Source of the DNA: Podarcis muralis
Lineage: Eukaryota
DNA length: 64,000 nt
Reading direction: 5' to 3'
Assembly (NCBI RefSeq): GCF_964188315.1
Contig: NC_135663.1
Span: 23,188,001-23,252,000 of the forward strand
Part shown: positions 1-11,137 of the stretch, in pieces
Layout of the letters: every line of letters begins with the position of its first letter
How positions within the stretch are numbered: position 1 is the stretch's first letter
Notes under the pieces: model-generated
What the model was told of the DNA's origin: nothing
What the model saw: the letters and a program-made list of their open reading frames with translations, nothing else
Database searches by the model: none
Position numbers and translations under genes: made by a program

Positions 1-144
1 GAACATCCAGAGGGGCTTCCACGGCTTCTGATTGGCTGCAGGAGCTTCCTGAAGCCAATCAGAAGCCGTGCTTTGGTTTCTAAACGTTATGGAAGTTGAA
101 CGGACTTCCGGAACGGATTCCATTCGACTTCTAAGGTACAACTG
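1..144. mobile_element. Right end of a Tc1/mariner-type MITE (CAGTGGTACCTC family relative)
   Basis: Ends ...ttctaaggtacaactg, a degenerate reverse complement of the CAGTGGTACCT terminal inverted repeat (TIR). Internal palindrome cttctgattggct...agccaatcagaag. Confidence 0.6.
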
Positions 145-967
145 TGTACTAATAAAGAATGCATATATGCTGCAAGCAAGCATTGACTTACTGGGTTGCC
201 AAATACACAAGCTGACCATGATGATGCTTCTATATTAGGGTTGCCAACTTTCTAATAACACAAGGTGCATTTAATCTTGACACTATTGCCTCCCTCCTTG
301 CCCTCTGTCCCCTGCCATGCAGCAGCAAAGTGACTGACCAGAGGTCAGGTGAGTGGCAGTGCCCTGTCACACTGTCTGCTACTGGCTTCGATGTGAAAAT
401 TTAATAAAGAGGTATGCTTAAAGATGTCATCTGTTTGGCAAAGTCATACTGAGTACCTATGTAGTGGTGGCAGACTGTAGCCACCATTGCTGGCTGTTCT
501 CTTTAGGGGCAAGCAACCATATAATCTCACATGCAGCACCCTAAACACTGTTTCAGGGTCCTGATTCCTGAAACATCTGTGTATACTTTTTTTTTAAGAT
601 AGCAAGAAGGCTTCAATGGCAAGTGGAACAAAACTAAATGGTCGATTGTGAAAACTAATTGTAATTTTTACAGGGGTGAAAATGCTCCTAGCATCAAACA
701 GCTGGAAGCATTAGCCACATCAATAAAGAATATAAAGCATTAGCTAGCAGCAGGTATACCTGCAATTAGAATGACTCATGATAACAGTTGTTTGTTTTTC
801 CAAAGTTCATATATTCTTTCATCCACTGGATATTTTACAGTAAAAGGAATAGCTTCGCCAGTTATGGATTTGTTGTGAAAGGAGCCACTACAAGGAACTA
901 AGACCTTCCTCTCCCCCACCTTCAGGAACTCATTTGTTGACTTAACAGGGCTTTGTTTAAATTTCAG

Positions 968-1167
968 GGGGAAACCAAACCTTCTGGACATGGGATCTCT
1001 GATGATCAAACCCATCCAGCGTGTGATGAAGTATCCCTTGTTGCTATGTGAGCTCTTGAATGCAACTCCCAGGTCCCACCCGGACCACACAGCACTGCAG
1101 GATGCCTTGGTTGCTGTGAAAGGCATGAATACAAATATAAATGAACTTAAAAGAAGAAAGGATTTAG
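968..1167 (+). CDS. ARHGEF38: Rho guanine nucleotide exchange factor 38, internal exon (end of DH domain)
   Basis: tttcag| acceptor, |gtaaga donor. Encodes [30 protein letters not shown]...NELKRRKDL, the DH-domain C-terminal motif matching recalled ARHGEF38. Confidence 0.95.
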
Positions 1168-1454
1168 GTAAGACAGTGTCAACAATGTGTGGTAATTGCA
1201 GGGAAGGGCTATTTCCTTCAAACCTGGCTTGAGGGCCTTTCAGAAGCATCTCATTGGCTGCTGGAGAATACAGGATGCTGGACACATGGACCTTTGGCCT
1301 TATCCAGTGGGGTTCTTGTAATTTTTGGCTTGTGCTCACAAAACTGCAATAAGTCTTGGCTTCAACCTATGTTTCAACCGCCTTTCCATGTCAGTTTGGG
1401 TGCATGCTCTGTGAGAAGGAGTTTGGAAGCTTCCATTTTAGTTTAACCACAGTT

Positions 1455-1610
1455 TAAAGGTAAAGGTACCCCTGCCCGTACGGGCCAGTCGTGTCCGACT
1501 CTAGGGTTGCGCGCTCATCTCGCTTAAGAGGCCGGGAGCCAGCGCTGTCCGAAGACATTTCCGGGTCACGTGGCCAGCGTGACGAAGCTGCTCTGGCGAG
1601 CCAGCACCAG
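1455..1610 (-). mobile_element. Sauria SINE, 5'-truncated (subfamily A type)
   Basis: (ACCTTT)n tail in reverse. Body matches the full copies at 16402 and 41094. Possible TSD cagttta. Confidence 0.9.
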
Positions 1611-1738
1611 TTTAGGGTGTGTCTAAACACTAAACTGGCTAAACTCAACTATGGTTAGTAGAAACAAGGCAGCTTCATAAACCATGGTTTGAAGTTGTCT
1701 GGTTTTTCTGGGTTTGGACAACAGTGCAAACTATATTT

Positions 1739-1992
1739 TGTGGTGGCCAACTCCCAAGAGACTGCGATCTACTCGCAGAGTTAAAAACTGGCAGTGATCT
1801 ACCCCCTTTTTTGGGGTTCAGGTCGAAGTTGTTGAGCTTCTTTTTATGGGCTGCACCCTAAAATGTTTAGCTTTTTTTAGGAGAGCCAAAGTTCTTGGGC
1901 TTCTTTGGGGGGAGCCAGTGATCTGCCAGTGATCTACCACAGACGTCCAGTGATCTACCGGTAGATCATGATCTACCTGTTGGCCATGCCTG
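1739..1992. mobile_element. hAT-type non-autonomous DNA transposon
   Basis: Ends tggtggccaac / gttggccatgcctg. Perfect 8-bp TSD ctatattt at 1731-1738 and 1993-2000. Confidence 0.8.
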
Positions 1993-2731
1993 CTATATTT
2001 AATGAAAAGAAACTTCCTAGCGTGAAAGCCTCTGAACTCCATTGCATGGTGGGAGAGGAGTAGGTCAGGATTAGCTAAGAGAGGGGCAGGATGTAAGTCT
2101 TATTCATGGTGTGATAAACCATAATTTATCTGAACACGGCCACTGACCGTGATAATTAAATGGGTCCTTTAAAGATGTTAGTGTGTGCCTTGCAGAATTA
2201 AACCAAAGTCCATCTTGTTCATCATTCTGTTTTTCAAGTTACCAGCTAGGTGACCTCAGATGTTTATGAGAAAAACAGCATACAGTATTTGACTTCCAGC
2301 CTACTAGTCTTAACTAGTGAGGGAGAAAATGAAATATATGTGTTTCAGGTCCACCATTGGATTCTTGCATTTGCATAAGGTGTATAAGAAAGTTGGGGCA
2401 TTTTTTTCTTGTTATGTTTCAGCTTCTGTCAAGCAGATTCACTAGGGATTTAAATCGTGAAGGCATGAAAATTATTATAGCACACGGAATTATATGTTCT
2501 GCAGTAAATAGCATCAAAGGAGCTACTACAAACAACAGGAACAATTAGAGAGATGGATTTTTAAAAGCTTATATGGCCACAATGATTTTCATTATCCTTG
2601 TTATTTCCATAGGTAGTAACCTTCAGCTCTTTCTGTCTTTTGTTGGTCTCTTCATGACTTTGAAGGACAGTAGGAAAAGCCCAATATAAATGCAGATTTG
2701 ATGTATTGATGTGTTTTTTTTCTAATTGCAG

Positions 2732-2865
2732 TGCTGAAGTATAAGAAAAATGACGAAGATGAATCTCTGAAAGAGAAATTTGCAAGACTAAACATTCACT
2801 CGATTAGTAAAAAATCGAAGAGAGTAACTGGCCACCTGAAAATTCTGACTGGAGGAGAACCTCAG
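2732..2865 (+). CDS. ARHGEF38: ARHGEF38 exon
   Basis: ttgcag| and |gtattt. The phase-1 join makes V, then LKYKKNDEDESLKEKFARLNIHSISKKSKRVTGHLKILTGGEPQ. Confidence 0.95.
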
Positions 2866-5667
2866 GTATTTAGGTGTCTGGCATTTTTCTTTACAGAGTG
2901 TTTTAAAGGGCATGAACTAGGAGTGAAGAAGCCTTTTTGCTCTATTGGCCACACCCCTAATCAGGGTCGGTCTTGCAGATCAAATTCGACAGGCAGACAG
3001 GACTGCCCACTGGGCACTGCAGCACAAGGCTCATTGATAGCCCTGTGCCTGGCATTTTCATAAGAAGCCCTGTGTTTCTGATGGGGCTGCTTTTCCAATG
3101 GGATAAGAAGGGGCAATGCTTGTATTGCGTCTTCTGCTCTGGAATGGGCTTGTTGATGCAGCACAGAGGTTCAGGAGTGTCCAACCATCACTGTCACCCC
3201 CTTGGAGCCAGGGAGCTGCAATCACACAGTCTTTGCAGCTGCTCATATGATGGGATTGTCCATCATTAATAGATTTATTGTGGCAGGAAGAGAACTTAAG
3301 AGCACAGCAGGCAACATTCATTCTGGCTCTGCAGCACAGCCTGGCTCCCTGTTTTGCAAAGGAATTCAGGAATCCAAATGAATATTGTATTCATGTTTCT
3401 CAAACAAGGGGCGGATTCCCCCACTGGCAACCTTCTGTGGGGCCACGTGTCAGGAGTAGGCAGAGCTGGAAGTCATAGTACGTGACACTAGAGTAAAGAA
3501 TGGGCACAGCAGTGGATGGAATGATTACATTGATACAGTAGGCTAAGCCACACAAAGGCCAAAGGTTTCTACATACATGGAGACAAAAATCTCTCCATCC
3601 TGGCAAGTAAGAGGCATTATGATGGCTCTTGAGAAGAGTGTGGGCAATGAATGTGGGCTTATCAGCTGTGCAAACTGATGGTGGCCATTGTGAATTAAAT
3701 CCTATATTACATCTGGACAATGGAGACAATGGAGACCAGGACCAGGGATTTTTTCAGCCAGAACTCAGCAGAACTCTCTTCCAGCATCTCTCAGGTGGCC
3801 ACCATTGCATGATAAGAGAACAGGGGAGACGTTCATGGTGAATTCTGGCACCTCTTTTTCTAGAAAAATAGCACTGACTAAGACTGCTAATGAAGTTCTC
3901 CCAGTCCCCAGAGTAAGGCCTGTTTGGATGAGCCATGCGACTCTCCCACATCTTCCAAACTACACAACACACACACATGCAAGTTTTAACTATCTGCTAG
4001 CAGCACTCGCAGCCTTCCAATGCCAGCCACCGTGAAATGTCCTTAATTGCGAAGAGAAGCTATTTTTATTCAGACAGTAAATTCTCTCTGGTTTGGTGTT
4101 CTTTTTCTAAACACTTTTCAAACTCAAATACTGGAGAAACACTTTGAGTGGGGGGAGGAGATGATGCTTTTATGAATGACTGAGCATCCTCCTCCCCTTT
4201 AATTAGAGGTTCAGAGCACTCACATTTCACATCTCTGACATCTGCAGCAACTCCTACTGCATTAGAAGAGAAGACCAGATTTGACACTTCCAAGGTTGTT
4301 GCCGTCATCTTCTCTCTCTCTTCTATACAAAGAAAGAAAACCGAAGCAAATAAAAATGCCAACCCTCAAATCGGGACAAGTATTGGTCAGCCTCTGAAAT
4401 ATTAGGAGTCTTTCTCAAACTTTGCACAAGTATTAATTCTGCAGAAGTACAGTAATGAGCAGAGGGACAGACAAATGCATGATCTAAAATGATGCATTGC
4501 TCATATACATTTTTATGCAAGCCAAGAGAGATGAAAGTCTAGGCAAGTGTCATAAAATCAACCCTGTGCTTCTCTGATATCTTGCTGACCCTACTTAACA
4601 AGCAAAGGGAAATTTCTGTCACTTCTCTTAAGCTTCCCACTCCTCCTTTTAAACATTAAAAGCTTCCCTAAACAGGGCTGCCTTCAGATGTCTTCTAAAA
4701 ATCTGGTAGTTGTTTTTCTCTTTGATATCTGGTGGGAGGGCCACACACACAAACACACACTCCCTTAATTCATCTGTACTTTTTTATGGAAGTTTATTGA
4801 TTATACAGAAGGCAGACTCATCAATGTGGAGGATGTCTCTTTGGGGCATCTATCCATTCATAAAAACACACAGTACTTCTTCAGTTCTCCACTTCCTGCA
4901 GAAGATACAACTTACTGGTTGCTTACTGTTCCCTTCTCAGGTTCCCACACTACATCTCTCCCCCACCGCTAGGATATTTGATCAAATTTGTGCCACTATT
5001 GCCTTATGATGAGAATTGCATAAATTCAGCATTACTTTTAAAAGAATGAAATGGAACTTGTAATTCTGAGATGATGAAGGATATATCTGGGAACACGAGC
5101 AAAGGGATTGAAATGAAATGAAACGTGACAAGATATAGGCCTGGTTTGGGCACAGTGCTAACCTATGGTTTAACGTTCTGTGAATGAGCTTGTGTGAGCC
5201 TTGGACTTATGCATTCCTCCCCTCTCTGATGCAGCTGTGAGTAGGAGATTGAAAATTGACACAAAAGCTTCCAGTTCGCCATGTTTTAGCATTTCATTTG
5301 AACTGAAACAAGTCAGTTACATAAGCCAAAGTCTGAAGGTGTCTTGCTAGCTAAGACTAACCATGGTTTGTCTGCATCCAGAAGAAACAACAAACCAGAG
5401 ATAAAAATGACAACAGAATCTTCTAACCTCCTCTCCTCCTCTTGGCTTGAGGTTGGCTCAGCTAATTCATTCCAATAAGGATAAGCCATAATTTATCACT
5501 ATGTCCGCATGAGGCCACAGTCTAAGAGCACTTAAAGCTATTCTTGTATCTTCAGTGGAAGGAATGCAGAAATACTTTATGCAATATCTCTGCTAGTGTT
5601 AGGGCTACTCCACCAATTATTAATGAGTGGCCTCTGCTCCTGATCTCAGTGTTGCCCTGTGTTTTAG

Positions 5668-5772
5668 GTGAAAGATGAAACTTTTAATAAAGAGGAGAAG
5701 TTGTTTAGAAGTTTGGAAAAGACGGTCAAACTCTGCGTGAAGAATATTTCGGTGTCTCTACAGCATCTGAAG
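5668..5772 (+). CDS. ARHGEF38: ARHGEF38 exon (BAR domain start)
   Basis: ttttag| and |gtgagt. 35 codons VKDETFNKEEKLFRSLEKTVKLCVKNISVSLQHLK. Absent from the ORF track. Confidence 0.93.
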
Positions 5773-6670
5773 GTGAGTGTTAACGCAGCACAACTTAAAA
5801 AAGAATCCATTTGCTACTTGCATGTTGTAAGCGAATATTAGCTGCTTCTGAATGAGTGTGAAACTTGAATCCACTGGATGAGACGTTTTAAATCAAAAGA
5901 CCAGGATGAATTCTCAAGTTGCATAATGATATGAAGGTTAGACCTCAATTAGTGTGGCTCCTGGCAAAAGCTTTTAGGGCTATATTAGTCCAAGGCATGG
6001 GTGGCTCCATGTCCCTCTGTATGCCGCTTGACAACAGCTCCCATTATCACTGACTGTTAGCCATGCTGTTTGGGGCGGATGAGAAGTGGACATCTGCGGG
6101 GACCGCAGGTTCCTCATCCTTGGTCAAAGGCCTGGTGCAGAGTAAGATGGTGGTTTGCAGGGTGGTGTAAGCATGGGGGGAAACTAAAACACTTCCTGGA
6201 TCAACTAGGAAATATGATAAATCTAAACGAGAGAGATTGTAGCAAAGTCCGGTCTTTGCAGGGATAATTTCCTGCTTGGGTAGAACTTTTCACATGAGAG
6301 ATCCTCTGAAACGTGCTATCCATTGGTGCACCTCATTCTGTCTTAAGTGTATATCAAGTCAAGCAGACTTCTAGCTTCCTTAGTGGGGATGTCATCCACT
6401 GAAACACATGCTAGCATTGGAGGGGAATGCAGACTGCTTTGCACATGGGTGGGGAACCTCCAGATCTTGCTGGGCTGCAGTTCCCATCATCTTTGAGCAT
6501 TGGCCGCACTGGTCAGGTGGGAGTTGCAGTCCATTAACATCTGGATGGGCCACAAATTGCCCAACCTTTGACCTAGCCGTTTCATTTCCTTCATGTGCCT
6601 CCTCTTCCATTTGTGTGTACACCTGAGCACGCACATCTTTTGCCCATTTCATTGTTTTCATCATTTCCAG

Positions 6671-6793
6671 GAGTCTACGCTTCTAGCTGCACAGAACGTA
6701 ACCGAACTTCAAGTTTTTCTGCACGAGAAAGAAGATGAGGAAAATGGCTTTTCAAACACCTTGATTAATGCTGAAAAGCCCAGCGAACGATAT
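6671..6793 (+). CDS. ARHGEF38: ARHGEF38 exon (BAR domain)
   Basis: ttccag| and |gtacgt. 41 codons ESTLLAAQNVTELQVFLHEKEDEENGFSNTLINAEKPSERY, phase 0/0. A divergent region whose length fits the recalled human exon. Confidence 0.85.
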
Positions 6794-7285
6794 GTACGTT
6801 TTTGATGGATATTGGTTTCAAACAAAAGATAAGGGATAGGGTTTAAGGAAGTTTGTTGCTTCTGCAACAAAGCCAGCAGAAGGTGTGTTGTTGTTTTTTA
6901 CCCAGCTTCCTGAAGCCCTGATTTCTTGCAAATAAAAATTCTAGCCTTCCACAATGAGGAGGAAGGAAGATTTCAGCCCTAGTCAGTCATTACTGGCATG
7001 AAGGGGCAAAATGAGTAAAAAAGGGCTGCCACATGGTTCCTTCCAGCTTTCCACATGTTCAAGGCAAATGTCTGCAGCAGAAAGGCCTCTGTACTTGTGT
7101 AGGCAAGCAACACAAATCAAAGGCCAAGGGTTCTAAATTCAGGGTAAATGTGTTGATAGCCTTACAACAGTTTTTCTGGAATCAGGTTGCATCACAAACA
7201 GATGTGGCGTGAGTAGTTCTTGTGCTGGATCAGGGCTATACCCTGTGATTAATTCCGTCCTTAATCCTTGGGCACATATTTATTT

Positions 7286-7677
7286 CATAGAATCATAGAA
7301 GCATAGAGTTGGAATAGACCACAAGGGCCATCGAGTCCAACCCCCTGCCAAGCAGGAAACACCATCAGAGCACTCCTGACATATGGTTGTCAAGCCTCTG
7401 CTTAAAGACCTCCAAAGAAGGAGACTCCACCACACTCCTTGGCAGCAAATTCCACTGTCGAACAGCTCTTACTGTCAAGAAGTTCTTCCTAATGTTTAGG
7501 TGGAATCTTCTTTCTTGTAGTTTGGATCCATTGCTCCGTGTCCGCTTCTCTGGAGCAGCAGAAAACAACCTTTCTCCCTCCTCTATATGACATCCTTTTA
7601 TATATTTGAACATGGCTATCATATCACCCCTTAACCTCCTCTTCTCCAGGCTAAACATGCCCAGCTCCCTTAGCCGT
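7286..7677 (-). mobile_element. CR1 LINE 3' end
   Basis: ORF 7365-7658 ([21 protein letters not shown]...LEVFKQRLD) is the CR1 ORF2 C-terminus. (ATTCTATG)-type tail. Confidence 0.92.
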
Positions 7678-7849
7678 TATTTATAGTTTTCTATTCCCTC
7701 CCCCACTCTTTCACTCCGAAATTGGGAGGTTTACAAAAATACGGTAATTTGAAAACATAATACATAGCCAACGGAAACATTAAAATCATTATTGCACGTT
7801 ACATAATTAGCATCATCATTAAAAAGCGACAACCCATCAGTTCCTAAAA

Positions 7850-8060
7850 TGCATTTATTTGTCTTATTGCCCTTATATCCCACCTTTTCCTGCAAGGAGC
7901 TCCAGGTACATGGTTCTCCCCATCCTCATTTAATCCCCACAATGAAAACCCTTTGAGGTAGGTTAGCCTGAGAAGCCCAAGGTTGCCCAAGAGCTTCATG
8001 GCCAAGTGGGGATTCGAACCCTGCCCTCCCAGGTACAAGTCTGACACTCTAATCAAACCA
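7850..8060 (-). mobile_element. tRNA-derived squamate SINE
   Basis: B-box GGGTTCGAATCCCC on the minus strand. Same family as the interrupted copy at 18454. Confidence 0.7.
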
Positions 8061-8218
8061 AAGGAATGATACAAGGTTGAGGTGAGACGTGCTTCAGAGG
8101 GAAGACCATTCTGTGGATACATAACTGGTACAGAAGGAGAAATGTCAGCTTTAAAGGAGGAGAGGTGGGTGGTGAAGATTTATTTGTTGTCTCTCTTTCC
8201 CTCCCTGTGCACATCTAG

Positions 8219-8539
8219 GCAGAGCAAGTAGAGAAGATGGTTTTGGTCCCCCTGTCAGCGTTGCAGGCCCTCTTCCCAGGCCCTCAGAAGCTCATCCAGA
8301 AGCGCTATGACAAACTGCTGGATTATAATAGCTACCACCAAAAGGCGGCGGGAGAGGAGATGGATTTGGCCAGGAAAGAATACGAGGCTCTCAATGCCCA
8401 GCTGGTGGAGGAACTCCAGACGTTCAACCGGGCAGCAAAGCAAATCGTGAGCAACTGCCTGTGTTGCCTCGTCACTCTCCTGCGGGGGATGATGTCATCA
8501 GCTCTGCAATCCTATTCCATGGGGGAATCCCTCACATCG
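8219..8539 (+). CDS. ARHGEF38: ARHGEF38 exon (BAR domain)
   Basis: atctag| and |gtaagt. AEQVEKMVLVPLSALQALFPGPQKLIQKRYDKLLDY...EYEALNAQLVEELQTFN...GESLTS. Confidence 0.95.
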
Positions 8540-8649
8540 GTAAGTCAGCTGTAGATATACTCATATTGAGATGATTACAATTAAGGTTGCCTGTCTGCTA
8601 TGCACCTTTGAAATATTATTAAAAACCAAATGCCTATATTCGACAAATA

Positions 8650-8891
8650 CAGTGGTACTTTGGGTTACAGACACCTCGGGTTACAGGCGCTTCAGGTTAT
8701 AGACTCCGCTAACCCAGAAATAGTACCTCAGGTTAAGAACTTTACCTCAGGATGAGAACAGAAATTGCACGGCAGCGGCAGGGCAGCAGCGGGAGGCCCC
8801 ATTAGCTAATGTGGTACCTCAGGTTAAGAACAGTTTTAGGTTAAGTATGACTCTCCGGAATGAATTAAGTTCTTAACCTGAGGTACCACTG
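8650..8891. mobile_element. Tc1/mariner-type MITE
   Basis: TIRs cagtggtac... / ...gtaccactg with TA on both sides. Homologous to 24597-24786 and 50211-50451. Confidence 0.9.
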
Positions 8892-8906
8892 TAATATGAA
8901 CTTGGG

Positions 8907-8907
<1 letters not shown>

Positions 8908-8943
<36 letters not shown>
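8908..8943. repeat. (CA)n microsatellite
   Basis: Direct reading. Confidence 0.95.
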
Positions 8944-8945
<2 letters not shown>

Positions 8946-9217
8946 ATACACTTAATGCACATTTAAAGCACTTGGCTTCCCTCAAAGAATCCTGGGAACT
9001 GTAGTTTATCCCCGACAGAGCTACATTTCCCAACACCCTTAACAGGCTGCATGAAATTAAGGCAAGGACCACCTCCAATTCTGTGGTTTTATGATGGGGT
9101 TGGCATATTTCAAAAAGTGAAAATCTGGACACAAATTTTTTGAGCTTTTATGGGGGGGCCAAAGTTGTTGATTATTATTTTTTAAGGAAAATCATCAAAA
9201 AATCAACGCTTCAGATA

Positions 9218-9316
9218 TGGGCTGCCATACGCCTGGGTTTCCCCAGACATTTTTGCCGCTTTTTGAACATTTTTGACAGACGAATCTCAGCTATGTCCGG
9301 ACATATGGCAGCCCTA
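9218..9316. mobile_element. Short MITE (TAGGGCTGCCATA TIR family)
   Basis: tgggctgccata ... tatggcagcccta inverted ends. Confidence 0.6.
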
Positions 9317-10636
9317 TTTTATTAGCCAGTTCACCCATAACACTAAGCCAAGCCATGATTTAGTGTGAACGTGCAGATGTGTGGGTTCCTGCAGAGAATA
9401 TTGTGACTGCTTTGCTCCTCTGGTCCTGCTGCTGCTGTGAACCAAGGCACAGTTTGGTTTAGTGCGATGTCCAAACCCAGGCTTGTGGTTTATCTCTCTC
9501 CAGATAAATAACCAGCTTGGTTTCTTCCATGACTTGCCACTCGGGATTTGAAGTTGTCTGATCTGGATGATACCAGAGCAAAAAATCACCGTGGTTTAGG
9601 GTATCTCTATCCAGAATTAATCCTGGATATAGTACAGCTGCAGTCCGATGCTCATTGATTTGGAATTAAGCCCTGTTGAACTCAATTAAACAGATATGGG
9701 GCTGGGCTGCCTGGGTTATTAAATGATTGTGTGCTTGGACAGTTTTGCCTTCCCCGCTGTCCCAGAAAATGACATGCTTCTTAGCATATTATTTGGTTTC
9801 CTGTAGTGTGGTTCTGCCAGTGTGTGAAGGGTGCCCTCTAGCGTCCTCTGGTTCAACTAGGTTTTGTGCCACCTGGTTGGATGTTGTTTCCCTTTAATTG
9901 ACTCAGCATTGTTGCTAGGTAATAAGTGTTTTTCAGTGTGTATGTATTAAAATGAGTTTAATATATGCAACTGAGCAGCGGTGGGAAGCGTAGTTCTCCT
10001 CTTATGTGCAGTGGCGTGTTGGAAGGAAAATGAAAACAGCAAAGGAAATATTTGTTTGGGTGGAAGAGAGTGTCCTAGTGGATACCGCTACTCCTCAAAC
10101 ACATGCATGCAAGATAGTGAGGTCGTGAGGATGTCACACTAAACTGTAGCTTAGCTTAATGAGCATAATATCTCTCCTGATTTGTGCCCTCCCTCCCCTC
10201 TCTCATTCTCTAGCATGGCTGCAAGGAGGAGTTTAGAAGATTCTGCTTCCACTTGTGATTAACCACAGTTTGTTGTGTCAGTCAGTCTTGGGAAACTCAG
10301 GTCAATTTTAACATCTACAAGTTTCCAAACAGCCAGCTGCACAGTTCTGGGTTTGTGTAACGTATCAGGCTATGGTTAAAAGCAGAAACGAAAGCTGCCA
10401 AACCCCCATTAGCCATAGGGGAGAGGGAAGCATGGAAGCTTTTGAGGTGGGCTTATTCATATCTTGCTGAACTAGGGATGGGGAACCTCTGGCCCTCCAG
10501 ATGTAATTGGATTCCAACTCCTTGTCGTTCCCATGCTGGGCCAAGGCCAATGGGAATTGAAGGCCAATGGTTCAAGGGATAGCTAGATATATAATAAAGG
10601 ATATCATCTAGACTAGGATAGTCTTTTTTTACCCAT

Positions 10637-10774
10637 GGGAGAAGATAGCTCAGCTGGTAATTTCAGGGTGATGGGTTCAAGCCCCATGTTGGGCAAAAAA
10701 ATCCTTCATTGCAGGGTGTTGGACAAGATGGGTCTTCTTGGTCCCTTCCAACTCTACAATTCTATGAATCTATG
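10637..10774 (+). mobile_element. SINE with tRNA-like head and CR1-type tail
   Basis: A-box tagctcagctgg, B-box gggttcaagcc, ending cccttccaactctacaattctatgaatctatg. Confidence 0.75.
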
Positions 10775-10996
10775 TGTTGTTCGCATCAAAAATTCAGCAT
10801 TGTGTCTGCAGAAAGGCAAGGGGTACAACAGGAAAGGCTTTTCCTGATGAGCTTCTGCCAGAAGCCCCACCACAGGAAAAAGCAGTGACGCTGTTCTAGG
10901 CCTGCCGAATCAGAACCAGCATTACGTATATATACTCCCTGATCCATCACAGCTTGTGACTAATCATGTAAACTTGAACCTCTTTTGAACTTACAG

Positions 10997-11137
10997 CTGT
11001 CGTCTCCAAGCATCAGCGAAGTTCAGCACCAGGTTCTCGAAGACATACACAGTCTGAATTTTGTCAAAGAAAACAACAGCATAAATTTCATTGAGAGAAA
11101 GCTGAGCTTTGAAAAAAAGAAGCCAACCCCTCTCCAG
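10997..11137 (+). CDS. ARHGEF38: ARHGEF38 exon
   Basis: ttacag| and |gtttgt. LSSPSISEVQHQVLEDIHSLNFVKENNSINFIERKLSFEKKKPTPLQ. Confidence 0.93.

Noticed and set aside
776-1339. 187-aa minus-strand ORF
   Set aside because: Antisense shadow of an ARHGEF38 exon plus intron, with no recognisable domain.
3657-3681. gcttatcag...actgatg resembling miR-21
   Set aside because: Only a 9-nt match, interrupted, with no precursor hairpin.
7365-7658. 97-aa ORF as a small gene
   Set aside because: It is the CR1 ORF2 C-terminus.
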